Source: the human T2T-CHM13v2.0 reference genome, Homo sapiens. Taken from it: DNA of 64,000 nucleotides. Each line of letters begins with the position of its first letter. The stretch's first letter is position 1. The DNA lies in assembly GCF_009914755.1 (NCBI RefSeq), contig NC_060931.1. The stretch is one strand, 5' to 3'. The position numbers were made by a program, and so were the translations under genes. The notes under the pieces were generated by a model that did no database searches, was not told the DNA's origin, and saw nothing but the letters and a program-made list of their open reading frames with translations. Below are positions 36,752 to 52,821 of the stretch, in pieces.

Positions 36752-37202
36752 TGTGAACAGCAAAAATCTGAGACTGGTCTCAGTTAATTTAGAAAGTTTA
36801 TTTTGCCAAAGTTGAGGACGCACGCCAGTGACACAGCCTCAGGAAGTCCTGATGTCATGTGCCCAAGGTAGTCAGGGCACAGCTTGGTTTTATACATTTT
36901 AGGGAGACATGAGACATCAATCAATATATGTAAGAAATACATTGTTTCTGTCCAGAAAGGCAAGGTCAAGTCGAAGCAGGGAGGAAGCTTCTAGGTTACA
37001 GGTAGGTTTGAGACACATGGTTGCATTCTTTTGAGTTTCTGATAAGCCTTTCCAAAGGAGGCAATCAGAATAGACATCCATCTCAGTGAGCAGAGGTATG
37101 ACTTTGAATATAATGGGGGCAGATTTGCCCTGGGCAGATCCCAGCTTGAATTTTCCCTTTAACTCAGTGATTTTGGGGGCCCCAAAATATTTTCCTTTCA
37201 CC
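36752..37202 (-). mobile_element. MER4A-like ERV1 solo LTR nested in an LTR33-like element (about 36590-37540)
   Basis: gaaagtttattttgccaaagttgaggac...cacagcttggttttatacattttagggagacatgagacatcaatc; 4-bp TSD aagg. Confidence 0.85.
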
Positions 37203-38469
37203 AAGGCAGGAGGAGAGAGAGGCAGAGTATTCACCCCTAACCCCAGCTCGTTCCCTGGGCTACAGTACAGTGACGCTCTTTCTTCCCCACAGAACCACAC
37301 TCTTAAGGAGTAGCTCTTCCTATGGCATTCTTCCTGTAGCTCTTCCTTGTAGAGTTGATGAAACCACTCCTTTCCCTTGAGCCTTCAAGCTCAGGGGTGG
37401 AATCAGCCCAGGGCAATTAACTACCTCGAATTGGCTCCCTTAACTTAGCCCACCTCCCTGTAAATAGTCACTACACTCTCTTCAGCCTCTCCTTTGGAGT
37501 GCACCATCTGCCTCCTGCTGGGACCCTGCCTGAGACAGATGTTTACATAAATACTTTGAGACTAAAGGATTTAGATCAATCCCAGAATTATTTCCCTAGT
37601 GAGCACAATATTTTATGGAGGGTCTCATTTGTAAACTTAAGAAAGAATGGTATAAGTGAATATGTAAGAAATCCTTTTTCAGTATCTTTTTCCCTCTAGG
37701 AGGCTTTCAGAAAGCTTAAAATCCCCTGGAATTGGATCCTCCTGGATTTCTGGTTTGGAATCACTGCTTAGCAATTATTTAGTAACTGCAAATCCCTCAC
37801 AGAACGAGGAATGAAAGTCTCACCAAGACATTCAGAGCTCGTTGCAATTTGGTACTGAGCTGCCCCTCCATTCACTGCTCCCAGTCTGTGCCTCTATAAT
37901 CACAGCCACCAGAGCACTTCCTCTCCCCAGGTTCATTCTGGTTCCTTCGACTGGCATGTCCTGCTCCTTCCAAACACATCCATCTCCCATTTCTCCCTTT
38001 ATTGAAGTCCTAGTCATTCTTCAAGTCTCAGTTCTAATCCTAGCTTCCCTCCCAGTCTTACCGGATTCCCTACTCCTTTGGATCATCAGTGCATCTCCTG
38101 TTCTTTCCCTTCTTTGAGTTCCCAGAATCATTTTATTTTTTAAATTAAAAGTTAATAAAATTGATTTTCTGGGGGCCATAAAATTCTGTAAATTTTAGCA
38201 CGTGTATAAAATCGTGCAAACTGCCATAAACAGGAAACAAACAATTCCATCAACCACAAAAACTTTCTCATGCTATCACCTTGGAGTCATGTATATACGT
38301 GTATGTATACATATGTGTGTGTGTATCTATACATACATATATATTTATATAATATAATATTTATATTTTTTATTATGTGTCAGCAAAGCAAGTTGACACA
38401 TAAAATTAGCCATCGCAAGCATATAAATATTTATATAAATATATATATGTATTTATATGTACACTATAG

Positions 38470-38981
38470 ATAAAGATAGATATAGATAGATAGATAGATA
38501 TAGAGAGAGATTTATTGCAAGGAATTGGCTCACATGATTGTGGAGGCTAACCAGTCCCAAGATATACAGCGTGAATCAATGACCTTGAGACCCAGGAGAG
38601 ATGAAGATAAAGCCCAGTTCAAGTTTGAAGGCCCGAGAACCAGAACTGATCATGAAGTTCTTGTCCAAAGGCCTGCATGCTCAAGACTCAGGAAAAGCCT
38701 AGGTTTCAGTTTGAGTTCAAAGGCAGGAAAAGATAATGTCTCCAGTTCAAGCAGTAAGGCAGGAGGAAGCCTCTCATACTCAGAGGAGGTTCAGCATTTT
38801 GTTCTATTCAGGTCTTCAGCTGATTGGATGAGGCCCACTCACATTAGGGAGGATGATCTTCTTTACTCAGTCTACCAATTTAAATGTTAATTTCATCAAT
38901 GTCAACACTCAGAATAATGTTCCACCAAATATCTGGGCAGCCTGTGGCCCAGGCAAGTTGACACATAAAATTAGCCATCAC
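38470..38981 (-). mobile_element. MLT2B-like ERVL LTR
   Basis: gagatttattgcaaggaattggctcacatgattgtggaggct...caagttgacacataaaattagccatcaca. Confidence 0.85.
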
Positions 38982-39121
38982 AAGCATATAAATGGGATCA
39001 TAGAATATGTAAACTTTAAGAGTGACTCCTTTCACTTCATAAATGCATTTGTGATACATTCAAGTTATTGTGTGTATCAATAGTTTTGCTCTATGAAAAC
39101 ACCATTAAGAAAATAAAAAGA

Positions 39122-40934
<1,813 letters not shown>

Positions 40935-43934
40935 AAGAAAATAAAAAGACAAGCTACAGACTGGGAGAAAATATTTGCAAATCACATAGCTCATAGTTCA
41001 TTCTGTGTTTTTTTTTTCTTTTGCAGAGTAGTATTCATTGTGGGAACTCACCACAATGCAATTTTTATTGCAATTGCATTAAATGTATAGATCAATGTGG
41101 GGAGAAGCTTGCCTGGTATGACTCTCCTTTTATTTGGATTTATTTTGATTTCATTCATCACTATTTTGTAATTTTCAGCGAGCAGATTCTATACATGATT
41201 TTAAGCATATATCTAATATTTTCATTACTTGGAGCTATTGTAAATTGTACTTTTTGGTTACCAGTTGTCCATTGCTACTATATAAGAATAAGACAGATTA
41301 TTTTTTAATGTTGATCTTGTTCCCTCATTTATTAGTTCCAGGAGGTTTTTTGTAGATTTGTTTATTGATATCCATTCACTCATTGAAGAATATTTGTATC
41401 ATTTCCAGCTTGGAAATGATGAATAGAGCTACTATAAACATTGGTGTATAGGTTTTTGTATGAACATAAGTTTTAATGTCTCTAGGATAGCCTAGAAGTA
41501 GGATTATTGGGAGGATTTAACTTTATAAGTAAATTTTATAAGAAACTGTCAAAATGTTTTCCACAGTGTCTTGACTACTTTATATTCCTACCAGCCATGC
41601 ACAAGTGTTTCCAGTTGTTTCACATCTGAAGCATTGGCATTATTAATAATGTCCTCTTTTGTTTTTTTCTGGGCTTTTTTTTTTTGCCCTCCTAAAGGTA
41701 CATAGTCATATCTCATTGTGGCTTTAATTGGCATTTCCCTAATGGCAAATGATCTTAAACATCTTATACTATACTAATTTGACTTCCATATATGGTCTTT
41801 GGTCTTTGTCTGTTCAAGTCTTACCCATTTTCTAATGAAGTTTGTTTATTTTCTTACCGTTGAGTTTTGAGAGTTCTTTTAACACTCCAGAGACAAATCA
41901 TTTGTCAGCTATGTGATTTTCTAATATTTTCTCCCAGTCTGTAGCTTGACTTTTTATTTTCTTAATAGTGTTTTCGTACAGCAAAACTTTTAATGTTAAT
42001 GAACTCATGCTTTGCTTGCATGTGAAGAATTGTCACCACTCAAGTGATGGGTGCACCAAAATCGCACAAATCACCACTAAAGGGCTTACTCATGTAACCA
42101 AAGCACACGTTTCCCAAAAACCTATAGATCAAAAAAAAAAAAAATTGAAAAATGAACTCTTGCCAAATCCCATGTTACAAAGATTTTCTCCCACATTTTT
42201 TTCTAAAAGATTCATAGTTTTACCTTTTACTTTAAATTGACGACCTTCTATTTTGAGTTACTTTTTTGTATAAGGTGTACAGTTTAGATTGAGATTCATG
42301 TCTTGCCATACAGATGTCCACTTGTCCCAAAATTATTTGTTGAGAAGCCTATGCTTTTTCATTGAATTGCCTATGAACAGATGCCAAAAATCAATTAACC
42401 ATATTTGTGTGAATATATTTCTGGATTCTTCATTATTTTCTATTGACCTATGCATCGATTCCTTCACTTTCTTGATTATTCTAGCCTTGTGGCAAGTCTT
42501 TAAATTGAGTAGTGTGATTTCTTCCATTTCACTCTCCTTTTTTGACATTGTTTCAGTCATTCTGATTTTTTTTGTCTTTCCACATAAATTTGAGAATACG
42601 TTTGTGTATATGTACCAAAAAAACTTGCTTCGATTTTTATTGCAATTGCATTAAATGTATAGATCAATGTGCAGAGAAGCTTGCCTGGTATGACTCTCCT
42701 TTTATTTGGATTTATTTTGATTTCATTCATCACTGTTTTGTAATTTTATCATGCAGATTCTATACATGTTTTTAAGTATATATCTAATATTTTCATTATT
42801 TGGAGCTATTGTAAATTGTACTTTTTGGTTACTAGTTGTCCATTGCTACTATATAAGACAGATTTTTTTTAATGTTGACCTTCTTCCCTCATTTATTAGT
42901 TCCAGGAGGTTTTTTGTAGATGCCTTGGGATTTTCTGTATACAAAATCAAGTCATCTGTAAATAGAGACAGTTTTATATATTTATTTCCCATCTGTATTC
43001 CTTGTATTTCTTTTTCCTATCTCATTGAACTGGCTGGGTCTTCTAGCATAATATTGTATTAGATTGGTGAAAGTGGACACCCTTGAATTGCTCTCATTCT
43101 TAGGGGAAAACATTTAGTCTTTCACCATTAAGTATGAAGTAAGCTAATTTTTGTAGGTATCCTTTGTCAGATTAAGGAAGTTCTCTCTTATTTTTAGTTT
43201 GCTGAAAATTTTTATTATAAACAGAAGTTGAATTTTGTCAAAATCTCTCTCTGTATTAACTGGCATCATGTGTTTTTTTTTTTTCCTTTTTACACTATTA
43301 ATGTGGTGGATTGCATTGATAGATTCTGAGTATTGAACTAGCTTTGCATTCCAAGGAAAAACTCCACTTGATCATTCTGTACTTTTAGTATATTACTAGA
43401 TCTGATTCACTAATATTTTAGAAGGACTTTTACATCTGTACTCAGGAAGGATAATGGCTTAGAATATTTCTTTTTCAGGAGATTTTAAATCATGAATTCA
43501 ATCTCTGTAATAATTAAAATTTCTAGTTATCTCTTACATCTTGGTTGAGTGTTGCTAGTTTGTGATTTTTTGAGGAATTGGTGCATTTTATCTAAGTTGT
43601 AGTGTTTATAGGTATATAGTTACCCACAATCTGCCCTTATTTATTCCTGATATTAATTTGTCTTCTCTATTTTCTTCTTTGTCAGTCCTGCTTGGTCCAT
43701 AGCATCAGATGGTTCCTCTCATAGTTTTATGTTTCCACCTCACATTTTTGCACTATTACAGTGTTGTTTCCAAATACCTTTTATGCGTTTTCCCTTCCCA
43801 AGGTTCTCGGGATCTAGAATAGAGCCTCATACACTGAATGGATGGCATTTTTTTCTTTTAACTAAGAGAAGCACCCACAAGCCGATGTGTAGGTTCTCTC
43901 CTCTCCAAAGGCAGTTCTGACTCCCTGAGCTAGA

Positions 43935-44255
43935 ATTTTTTTTTCTTTTTCTTTCAGTAGTTTTGGGGATACAGGTAGTTTTTGGTTACATGGATGAGTT
44001 CTTTAGTAGTGAATTCTGAGATTTTTGTTCACCTGTCACCCAAGCAGTGTATATCGTACCCAATATGTTGTCTTTTATCTCTCACCCTCTTCCCAACTTC
44101 CCCGCTCCAAGTCCTCAAAGTTCATTATATCACTCTGTATGTCTTTGTGTCCTCATAGCTTAGCTCCCACTCACAAGTTAGAACATACAGTATTTGGTGT
44201 TCCATTCCTGAGTTACTTCACTTAGAAAAATAGCCTCCAGCTCCATTCAAGTTGC
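43935..44255 (-). mobile_element. L1PB 3' end
   Basis: tttttggttacatggatgagttctttagtagtg...cctcatagcttagctcccact. Confidence 0.85.
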
Positions 44256-44315
44256 TGAGCTAGATGTAGGTAACACTTTGGTCTGCTGCCACCACATTTA
44301 CCTGGTGAGAAGCAG

Positions 44316-44347
44316 CAGCGCCCACTACTGGCTCCTAGGGGGAGCTC
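44316..44347. promoter_or_regulatory. Candidate CTCF motif(s)
   Basis: Minus strand gagCCAGTAGTGGGCGCTg (44334-44316) is close to the CTCF core; weaker overlapping + motif tggctcctagggggagctc. Confidence 0.45.
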
Positions 44348-45105
44348 ATCACACCTCTCTAGCACCACAGGCTGCCTCCTCTGCGCAGGAGTTCTCAAGT
44401 GCATTGGTCAAGCACAAGGACGTTCACTGCATCATCAGACTAGGGGTGTAGATTCTCCTTCTCTTTTGCCTTTGGTATTGCTTTGGTTTTTTTCCCTCTT
44501 ACTTCATTAAGTCTGGGGAAGAAAGTGGGGTTATAGAAATCTTCTATTTAGGAATCACTCAGTCTTGCAGTTTCTGCGTTGTCTATCTCTTTCTGGACTT
44601 TTTTGGGTCATGTCTCATGCTCACTCTCTCTCCCTCTCTGCAGAATGAGAGGTCTGTTCTGCTCTCAGCATTAGGGCAAATACTTTTCAATGATTTTCTA
44701 CTGTTTCCTTAAATTGCCCAATCTTCAGTTGTAACAGTGATAGAATACAGAGGCTCAAAACTTGAGTAGTACGAACTCAGAAGAAGAGGACTGGAAGAGG
44801 CAATCCAGCCTGCCACGGCTCTATGTCTTGAGACTGTCTCAAAGTCAGAAAGAAAGACTCCATGTGATCCAGTCTACCTCTTTAGGAGACATGGACAGTG
44901 GTTTGGAGCAAAAGCTTCTTGGTATGAAAGAGTGTGTTTTTGCCCAGCTCTTAGCTCTATGTGTAGATTTCATTCAGGTACCTTGCACAGGGCTTGGGGG
45001 AAGCTGTGGCAGGGAAAGTATTGGAAATCCAGCTGCTGAGCCCTCAGCCATCATTCTAGACTTTCATGGGACTGTGGTTCAGCTGATGATCAAGAGGCCA
45101 CCACA

Positions 45106-45411
45106 GCCAGGCACAGTGGCTCATGCCTGTAACCTCAGCACTTTGGGAAGCTGAGACAGGAGGAGGCCAGAAGTTTGAGACCAGCCTGGGCAACATAGTG
45201 AGACCCCCATCTCAAAAATTACAAAAAAAACAACTACCCAGATGCCAGGCATGGTGGTGCACACCTGTAGTCCCAGCTACTCAGTAGGCTGAGGTAGGAG
45301 AATCATTTGAGCCCAGTAGCTCAAGGCTGCGGTGAGCTATGATCATGCCATTGCACTCCAGCCTGGGCAAGAAAGCAAGACTCTGTCTCAGAAAAAAAAA
45401 AAAAAAAAAAG
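45106..45411 (+). mobile_element. AluJ
   Basis: Dimer with long A-tail. Confidence 0.92.
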
Positions 45412-45493
45412 ACCATCACAGAGACTCTGTAGCCTTTCAAAAAAGACCATGATCCAGGTAACTCTGCAGCCAGAAGCATCCCTGATGACAGAC

Positions 45494-45876
45494 TGGTTTG
45501 TCATCAAACCATGGCTTGGCTCTTTGTCCCCACCCAAATCTCATCTCGAATTGCAATCCTCTTGTGTCAAGGGAAGGACTGGTAGGAAGTTATTGGATCA
45601 TGGGGGCAGTTTCCCCTATGCTGTTCTCATGATAGTGAGTGAGTTCTCATGAGATCTGATGGTTTATAAGTGTGGCACTTCCTCTCTCTCTCTCTCTCTT
45701 TCTCTCCTGCCACCATGTAAGACATACCTTGCTTCCCTTTTGCTTTCTGCCATGATTGTATGTTTCCTGAGGCCTTCCCAGCCTTGTGGAACTGTGAGTC
45801 AATTAAATCTCCTTTCTTTATAAATTACCAAGTCTCAAGTAGTATCTTTATAACAGTATGAGAACGGACTAATACA
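45494..45876 (+). mobile_element. THE1D/MSTA-like solo LTR
   Basis: tgtccccacccaaatctcatctcgaattg...gaacggactaataca; TSD cagac. Confidence 0.9.
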
Positions 45877-46583
45877 CAGACCATTTGGCATAATTAAAAC
45901 GCAAGCCTCTTCATCTGAAAATACTTTAGGGGCTCCCAGCAGTTTACTCCATCTATTAAGTAGGCTTTTTGCTCATTGAGCCTATTCGATTTCTGTATAA
46001 TATCAAAATCTTCAGGCCCTTGTGGATCTCTGACTCAGATCCCATCCTCCTCCATCTCACTAGCTTGTGCCAAACCTTAAACCCACTCATACAAGCCAAC
46101 CATAAACACTTCAGTGATTCCCCCAAATCACATTTATTGCAAGAGCTGCCATAAAATGATCAACAGAATCCAAAAGCATCATTTTAAGTCACTTCTCATC
46201 ATAAACTCCATTCAGCATTTTTGAAGGAGAGAAATTAAGTTGAAAGTGAAGAAAGATTCTTAGAAAGCATCCCCACAGTGCCCTTTTTCAAAGACTTAAT
46301 CAAGATTTATTAAGTTTTAATTACATGCAAAGCACACAACTATATACTCTGATGAATACAAAGCAAGTATTAAGCATGGTCAACCTTGAGAGCATCAGCT
46401 CTGGTAGAAAGACAATTAGATTTCAGACCAGAGCTTAAAATCTGGATCTCTTATTTACTTGGTGTGTGATTCAGACTCTAGACTTGTGACAAGTTATTAA
46501 GAAATCTAGGGCTCAAAGAAGAACCAATGAAACTATAGCCATAACCCCCAATGGTGTTTTGTGAGGAATAAAATTAAATAACC

Positions 46584-46895
46584 AGGCTGGGCATGGTGGC
46601 TCATGTCTATAAACCCCAACACTGTGGGAGGCCGAGGAGAGAAGAGTGCTTAAGCCAGGAGTTCAAGACCAGCCTGAGCAACATAACAGGGTCCTGTCTC
46701 TACAAAATTAAAAATAAAGGAAAATTAGCCCACAATGGTGGCATGCACCTGTTGTCCAAGCTACTTGGGAGCTGAGATGGGAGGATCTCAGTTGAGCCCA
46801 GGATTTTGAGGCTACAGTGAGCTATGACTGCACCACTGTACTCCAGCCTAGGCAACAGAGTGAAAGCCATCTCTAAAATAAAATAAAACAAAACA
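46584..46895 (+). mobile_element. AluJ
   Basis: Alu dimer. Confidence 0.92.
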
Positions 46896-48794
46896 ACACC
46901 ACTGGTGGGCACTTGGTCAATATCGGCTTGTCAAATGGTCACAAGAATGCATCTATGAGCTTACCATCTAGTTAGAACACCAAGAAAAATACAAGTAAAA
47001 TAATAAGAGAAGAACCATAAGTTATGCACTGGGGGTAACATAAACTGCATACTTACATTATGAGTGGAAGAAAGAAAATAAAAAGATCACTTGTGGAGTG
47101 AATTCGGCCAAGAAACACTTTGGGAAGGAAGGAAGATGTCAATTGGCCCTGCAAAATGGGCATGGTTGGGATCAGCAGAGAGAGAGAGCAGCAGGCAGTG
47201 GAAACCCTGTGAATTGAGCAAACCAGGAAGGGTATGTGCAGCTTCCAATACCCACATGCAAGCCCTCAGTTGCCCTCACGAACCAAACAAAATGAAAACA
47301 TTGTGCAAAAGCTATGTACTACTTAGCCTCTAGCTATGCCTTTCACTAATAAGCTCCATGCCCCATCACACCAGAAATGACACATACCCATGATTTCCAG
47401 GTTCAGTCTCTCTACCAAAACCTCTCCAGGATTTCTGGCAGAGAAACAAGCCTTAAGATACAGTCAGCAGGTGTCTACATGCCGATGTCTTCCTTAAGCA
47501 TGAGCTTCCTCATACCTCAATCGCTTATGTTCTCCAAAAGAAAAATTGTTTTTCTCCTCTTTGAAATAGATAAGATCAAGACTCCATGTAAGGTGATGGA
47601 AGGGGATGCGAGAACACTCCCTCGGGCTTCTGTAGCCCCCAGAAAACACCCGTGTTAGCACACTTGGTGTAATGTTTGTTTACATATACAAGTGCCCCAC
47701 TACTTAGGGTGGCAGGAGGATGTCAAACAAAATCTTGATAAATTCTAGTCATCAAGCTAGAAAATATATTTCTTGCAGCCTAGAAGAAATGTCTTATATT
47801 AGAAAGGGGAGCAGAAAAGATTGAACATTTTCAAGAGCAGATTCTTAGCATTCTGCACCAGATAGCACGCTAGACACTCTGCGTATTACCTCCCTTGGCA
47901 ATTGCAATGACTTGAGGACGTGGTAAATGTTGCCTTAATTTACAAGTATTGAAAGATATTCCACTTATGGAGATGAGGTAACTTGCTGAAGATCACAAAG
48001 CTGGAAAATGATAAAATTGGAATTTGAAGTTAGGCTTGTTTGGCTCAAAAGCCTCTTCTGAAAGCATTAAATGCTGAGGCGGATTAGGTGGCCTGAGAAG
48101 GTGGAAGTCACATTGCCCCGTCCCTCTTCCATCTGTGTCCATGGAAGTTAGAGGAGTGCTTTGTAAGAAATGAAGGCAAATAAATAAATGAAAATTAGGT
48201 GCAAATGGAAAGGCAGAAAGGTGTGGAGGGAAAGAATTTGATACACACAAGAGATTGGGCACAGGGTTGTGGGATATCATTACTTAACGTCATTATAGTT
48301 CATAACAGATGCTTCACAGTCCTAAATTTTATATTTATTTGCAGCTTCTTTTTGAAACACAGTCTCTTTTTGATATGAGAGTCATGCTGACAAAACAAGA
48401 TTGATTAAAGTTTCTAATTATCTGTCATCACAGCATGACCAGTGGCAAATGAAATGCATTTTCTTGCTTCTTCCAGCAAAGATAGAGAGTTCACTAATGC
48501 AAGACACAAATCTCTTCTGGTTCACTTCAATACTCAGTAAAAACCTGCACAGCAAGGCAATAAGTCGAGTGGGTGAAATCACACAGCCTCTCAGCAATGC
48601 TGATTTTCCATTTAAAAAAAAAAAATTAGCCAGGGCTGAAAGTAAGGACTCCAGAACGAATCGTCAATGCAGACATATTATAGAACAATTATTCTCTTCC
48701 TGACTTTAATTTTGGTACCACATGCAACCAGGTTATATCTGCAACTGGTTATATCTTCATATGATAGCCACTAAACAATCCTATTGAAATTCCA

Positions 48795-49215
48795 TATGAG
48801 TAGATTATTTAGAGCAATGCTAGCTGCTATAACAAATAAGTCTTTAAATTATCAGTGGCTTAACACAAAAGAAATGTATTTCTTATTCAAGTAACAGTCC
48901 AGTGCAGGTGTTCCCGATTGGTCAGCAGCCTTCCACGAGGTGATTCAGGGATCCAGGCTCTTTCTGTCTTGTGGTTTCCCCATCCTCTCAGGCCTCAGAG
49001 CATGCTCAATCCAGCCAGTGTTGAGCCAAAAGAGGAGGAAGAAGGCACAACCACTTTGAACCTCTTTAGTCTTTAAATGGCACTTCACTTTTACTTTATT
49101 GACAAGAACAAGTCACCTAGATGGCAGAAAGACTGGACAACCATTTCCAAGTAAAACTCTCTCTCCTGGAACAGAAGAGACTTTGGTGGACAGTTAGTGA
49201 TCCTGCTACTAATGT
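48795..49215 (-). mobile_element. MLT1-type MaLR LTR
   Basis: gctagctgctataacaaat...cagtggcttaacacaaaagaaatgtatttctt...gtgattcagggatccaggctctttc. Confidence 0.7.
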
Positions 49216-49249
49216 TTCTTTCGGCCTCCAATATCCATATTAAACTTTA

Positions 49250-49540
49250 TTAATTTTTTTTCTTTTAAAACAGCGTGTCTTCTCTCTGTCACCCCAGCTG
49301 TGGTGTAGTGGTGCTATCATGGCTCACTGCATCCTCTGCCTCCGAGGCTCGAGTGATCCTTCCACCTCAGCCTCTGAGTAGCTGGGACTGCTGGTACCAT
49401 CACACCTGGATTTTTAAATTTTTTGTAAAGACAGGCTCTCACTATGTTGCCCACGCAGGTCTCAAACTCCTGGGCTCGAGGGATTCTCCTATTCGGTCCC
49501 CCGAAGTGCTGGGATTACAGTCATGAGCTACTGCACCCAG
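49250..49540 (-). mobile_element. AluJ
   Basis: Diverged reverse Alu. Confidence 0.88.
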
Positions 49541-49931
49541 TTTATATGCATCATTTTTTTCTACACATAGAATATATCCATCTCCTCCTTAAGAGAGACC
49601 ACCCAAGGTCTCACTTGATACTACACCTGTGCAAAGCACGGGAACTCAGGAAGGCAACGGCCATTTCCCCAGTTTTTATGAAGCATGTCATGATATGATC
49701 AGTTGTACACATAAAAAAGAAGAAATCATCTGCCCTCCATACATTTAATATACACAGTGGTGATAAAACAAGGACCAGAAAACCATAAAACAACAAAAAG
49801 CTTTCCCAGTCTTCTCTGTTAAGGGGGAATTCCGCACACACCAGTGACATCCCGTTTTCTGACTTCTTCCACCAGAGCGGCAGCCTTAGATGTATTCAGT
49901 CCGCCTTCCAAGTTATGCTAGACAATACTTT

Positions 49932-50590
49932 TCTTTCGTTTTCTTTTTTTTTTTTTTTTTTCTTTCAGACGGAATCTCGCTCTGTCACCAGGCTGGAGCG
50001 CAATGGCGCGATCTCGGCTCCCTACAATCTCCGCCTGCTGGGTTCAAGCGATTCTCCTGCCTCAGCCTCCTGAGTAGCCGGGAATGCAGGCATGCACCAT
50101 CATGCCCAGGTAATTTTTGTCTTTTTAGCAGAGACGGGGTTTCACCATGTCAGCCAGGATGGTCTCGATCTCTTGACCTCATGATCCGCCAGCCTTGGCC
50201 TCCCAAAGTGCTGGGATTACAGGTGTGAACTGACACGCCCAGCCAACAATACTTTTTAAATTGACAAATTATAATTGTATCTATTTATAGGGTAAAAAGT
50301 GATGCTCGGATACATGGGCACAGCACAGAATGATTGAATCAAGCTAATTAACCTATCTATCACCTCAAACACTTACTATATGATCCCTCCTGTCTAATGG
50401 AATCTCTGTATCCTTTGACCAATGCCTCTCCATTTCCCCCACCCCCAGCCTGTAGTAACCACCACTGTGTTCTCTGCTTCGATGAGTTTGATTGCTTTAG
50501 ATTTCACATACAAATGAGATCATGCACTATTTGTCTTTCTGTGTCTGGTTTATTTCACTTACCATAATGTTCTCCAGGTTCATCCACGTC
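49932..50590 (-). mobile_element. AluSc (49932-50245) and L1MA 3' end (50256-50590)
   Basis: acaatacttt occurs at 49922, 50246 and 50591, delimiting both elements. Confidence 0.9.
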
Positions 50591-51087
50591 ACAATACTTT
50601 TTTGTTTATCTGTTGCATAACATGGGCCTGTACCTTCTCAGCTTCTGATATCAGTATCCTCAAAGCCCACTACCCAAACACCAAACCAACATCACATATT
50701 TTAGGCTTTTTCTAATGGCAGCATCCTTCATCATGAAGGGGCTAAAAGTGAGAATCCTACTGAAAAAAAAAACCCCTCCATTCTTTTACTCTCAGCAGAA
50801 TTCAGAAAATGCCCCCAAATCAACATTAGAAGGACATCATTCTAGGGATGTTACATGTATTTGGCAGGCTAAGTTTCAATATTTTTGTAGAGTTTTTTTT
50901 TTTAATTAACTTCTCAGAAACAAAGAAGCTATGAAATATTGCATTCTTTCCTCCAACCTATGGTTTGATAATTGTACGTGTGTTCAAGGACTGACTATAA
51001 ATAAATGCGATCAATTGGGTAACGGATCTCTCAGGTTATATATGTTTGTATCATCCCTTCAAAGTAGCCTTATAAAGAGCCAATATT

Positions 51088-51387
<300 letters not shown>

Positions 51388-52503
51388 GAGACAATATTTG
51401 CATTCCTCCTTACAAACCATTTTCAGAGCCTTCAATACCTTCTTTTTGACCTTCTCCATTGTGACAAGGTTTTGTCAGTAGGCCATTTCCAAACATACAA
51501 TTTATTTTCAAAGGTATCTATTATCAAGTCTGATTATTAAAGTGAATGGTCAGAGTACTACCACGTGGAGTCAAATATATGGGGTATATTTCAGCAACAA
51601 TGCAGCAATAATTTGTGTATGAGGATCACAGGTGGAGTTTTGTAAAATGAAGCACCCCTAGGTGGGAACTGGGAGAGATATACACGTATCGCTTTTCATA
51701 TTGCGAAAGGGTTTAAGGAATAATGTAACATATACTTGTGAACTCACCACCCAGCTTAAGAAAGGAAGTCTTGCACATACATTTGAAGCATCCCCCGTAC
51801 CACCAGTGGCATTATCGACTCCCCAACAACTTACCCTCACCCAGAGTCACTATGTTCTTTCCCTGGATTTATGTCTTTTTATAGGTATCTTTGTAGTTCA
51901 TTATACGTTGATCAAATATGCATCAAAATGACCCATCACATTATTGTGCAAATTCTTGAGTCATGAGCAAATAATACACTACGTTCATCCCTGTACAACT
52001 TCCTTTTTTCTTTGTCTTGTATTTGTAAGATTTCTCCGTATTGATAGCTCTAGTCCATTCATTTTCCATGTTCCTTTGGCGATCCACTATACGAATCCAC
52101 CATAATTGACTTCTCTGTTCTCCTGCCGTTGGACATTGAGCTTCTTTCTAATTTGTCAGAATCACATACATGTCTGCTGTGACCATTTTAGCAGCTGCTT
52201 CCTTTTGCATTTTTGAAGAGTTTTGCACGTGTTCTGCTTATCCAGCTAGGGTCAAGAACTGGTTTTCTAGTCCAGAGCTTTTCAATATGTGGTCCCTGGA
52301 CCAGCAGCATTCACATATTCTTGGGAACATTCCAGAAAAGCAAAGTACAAGACCCTACCCAGACTTAATCAGAAACTGGGCAGGGTGGTGGGTTCCTGGG
52401 GGAGTGATCTCTATGGTAACAAGCTTTCCAGTTTTTAACAAGATTCTGAGGCTCGGAAACATTTAAATACTACTCTTCTAGTTTAGTAAAATAATGCTCT
52501 TAA

Positions 52504-52821
<318 letters not shown>

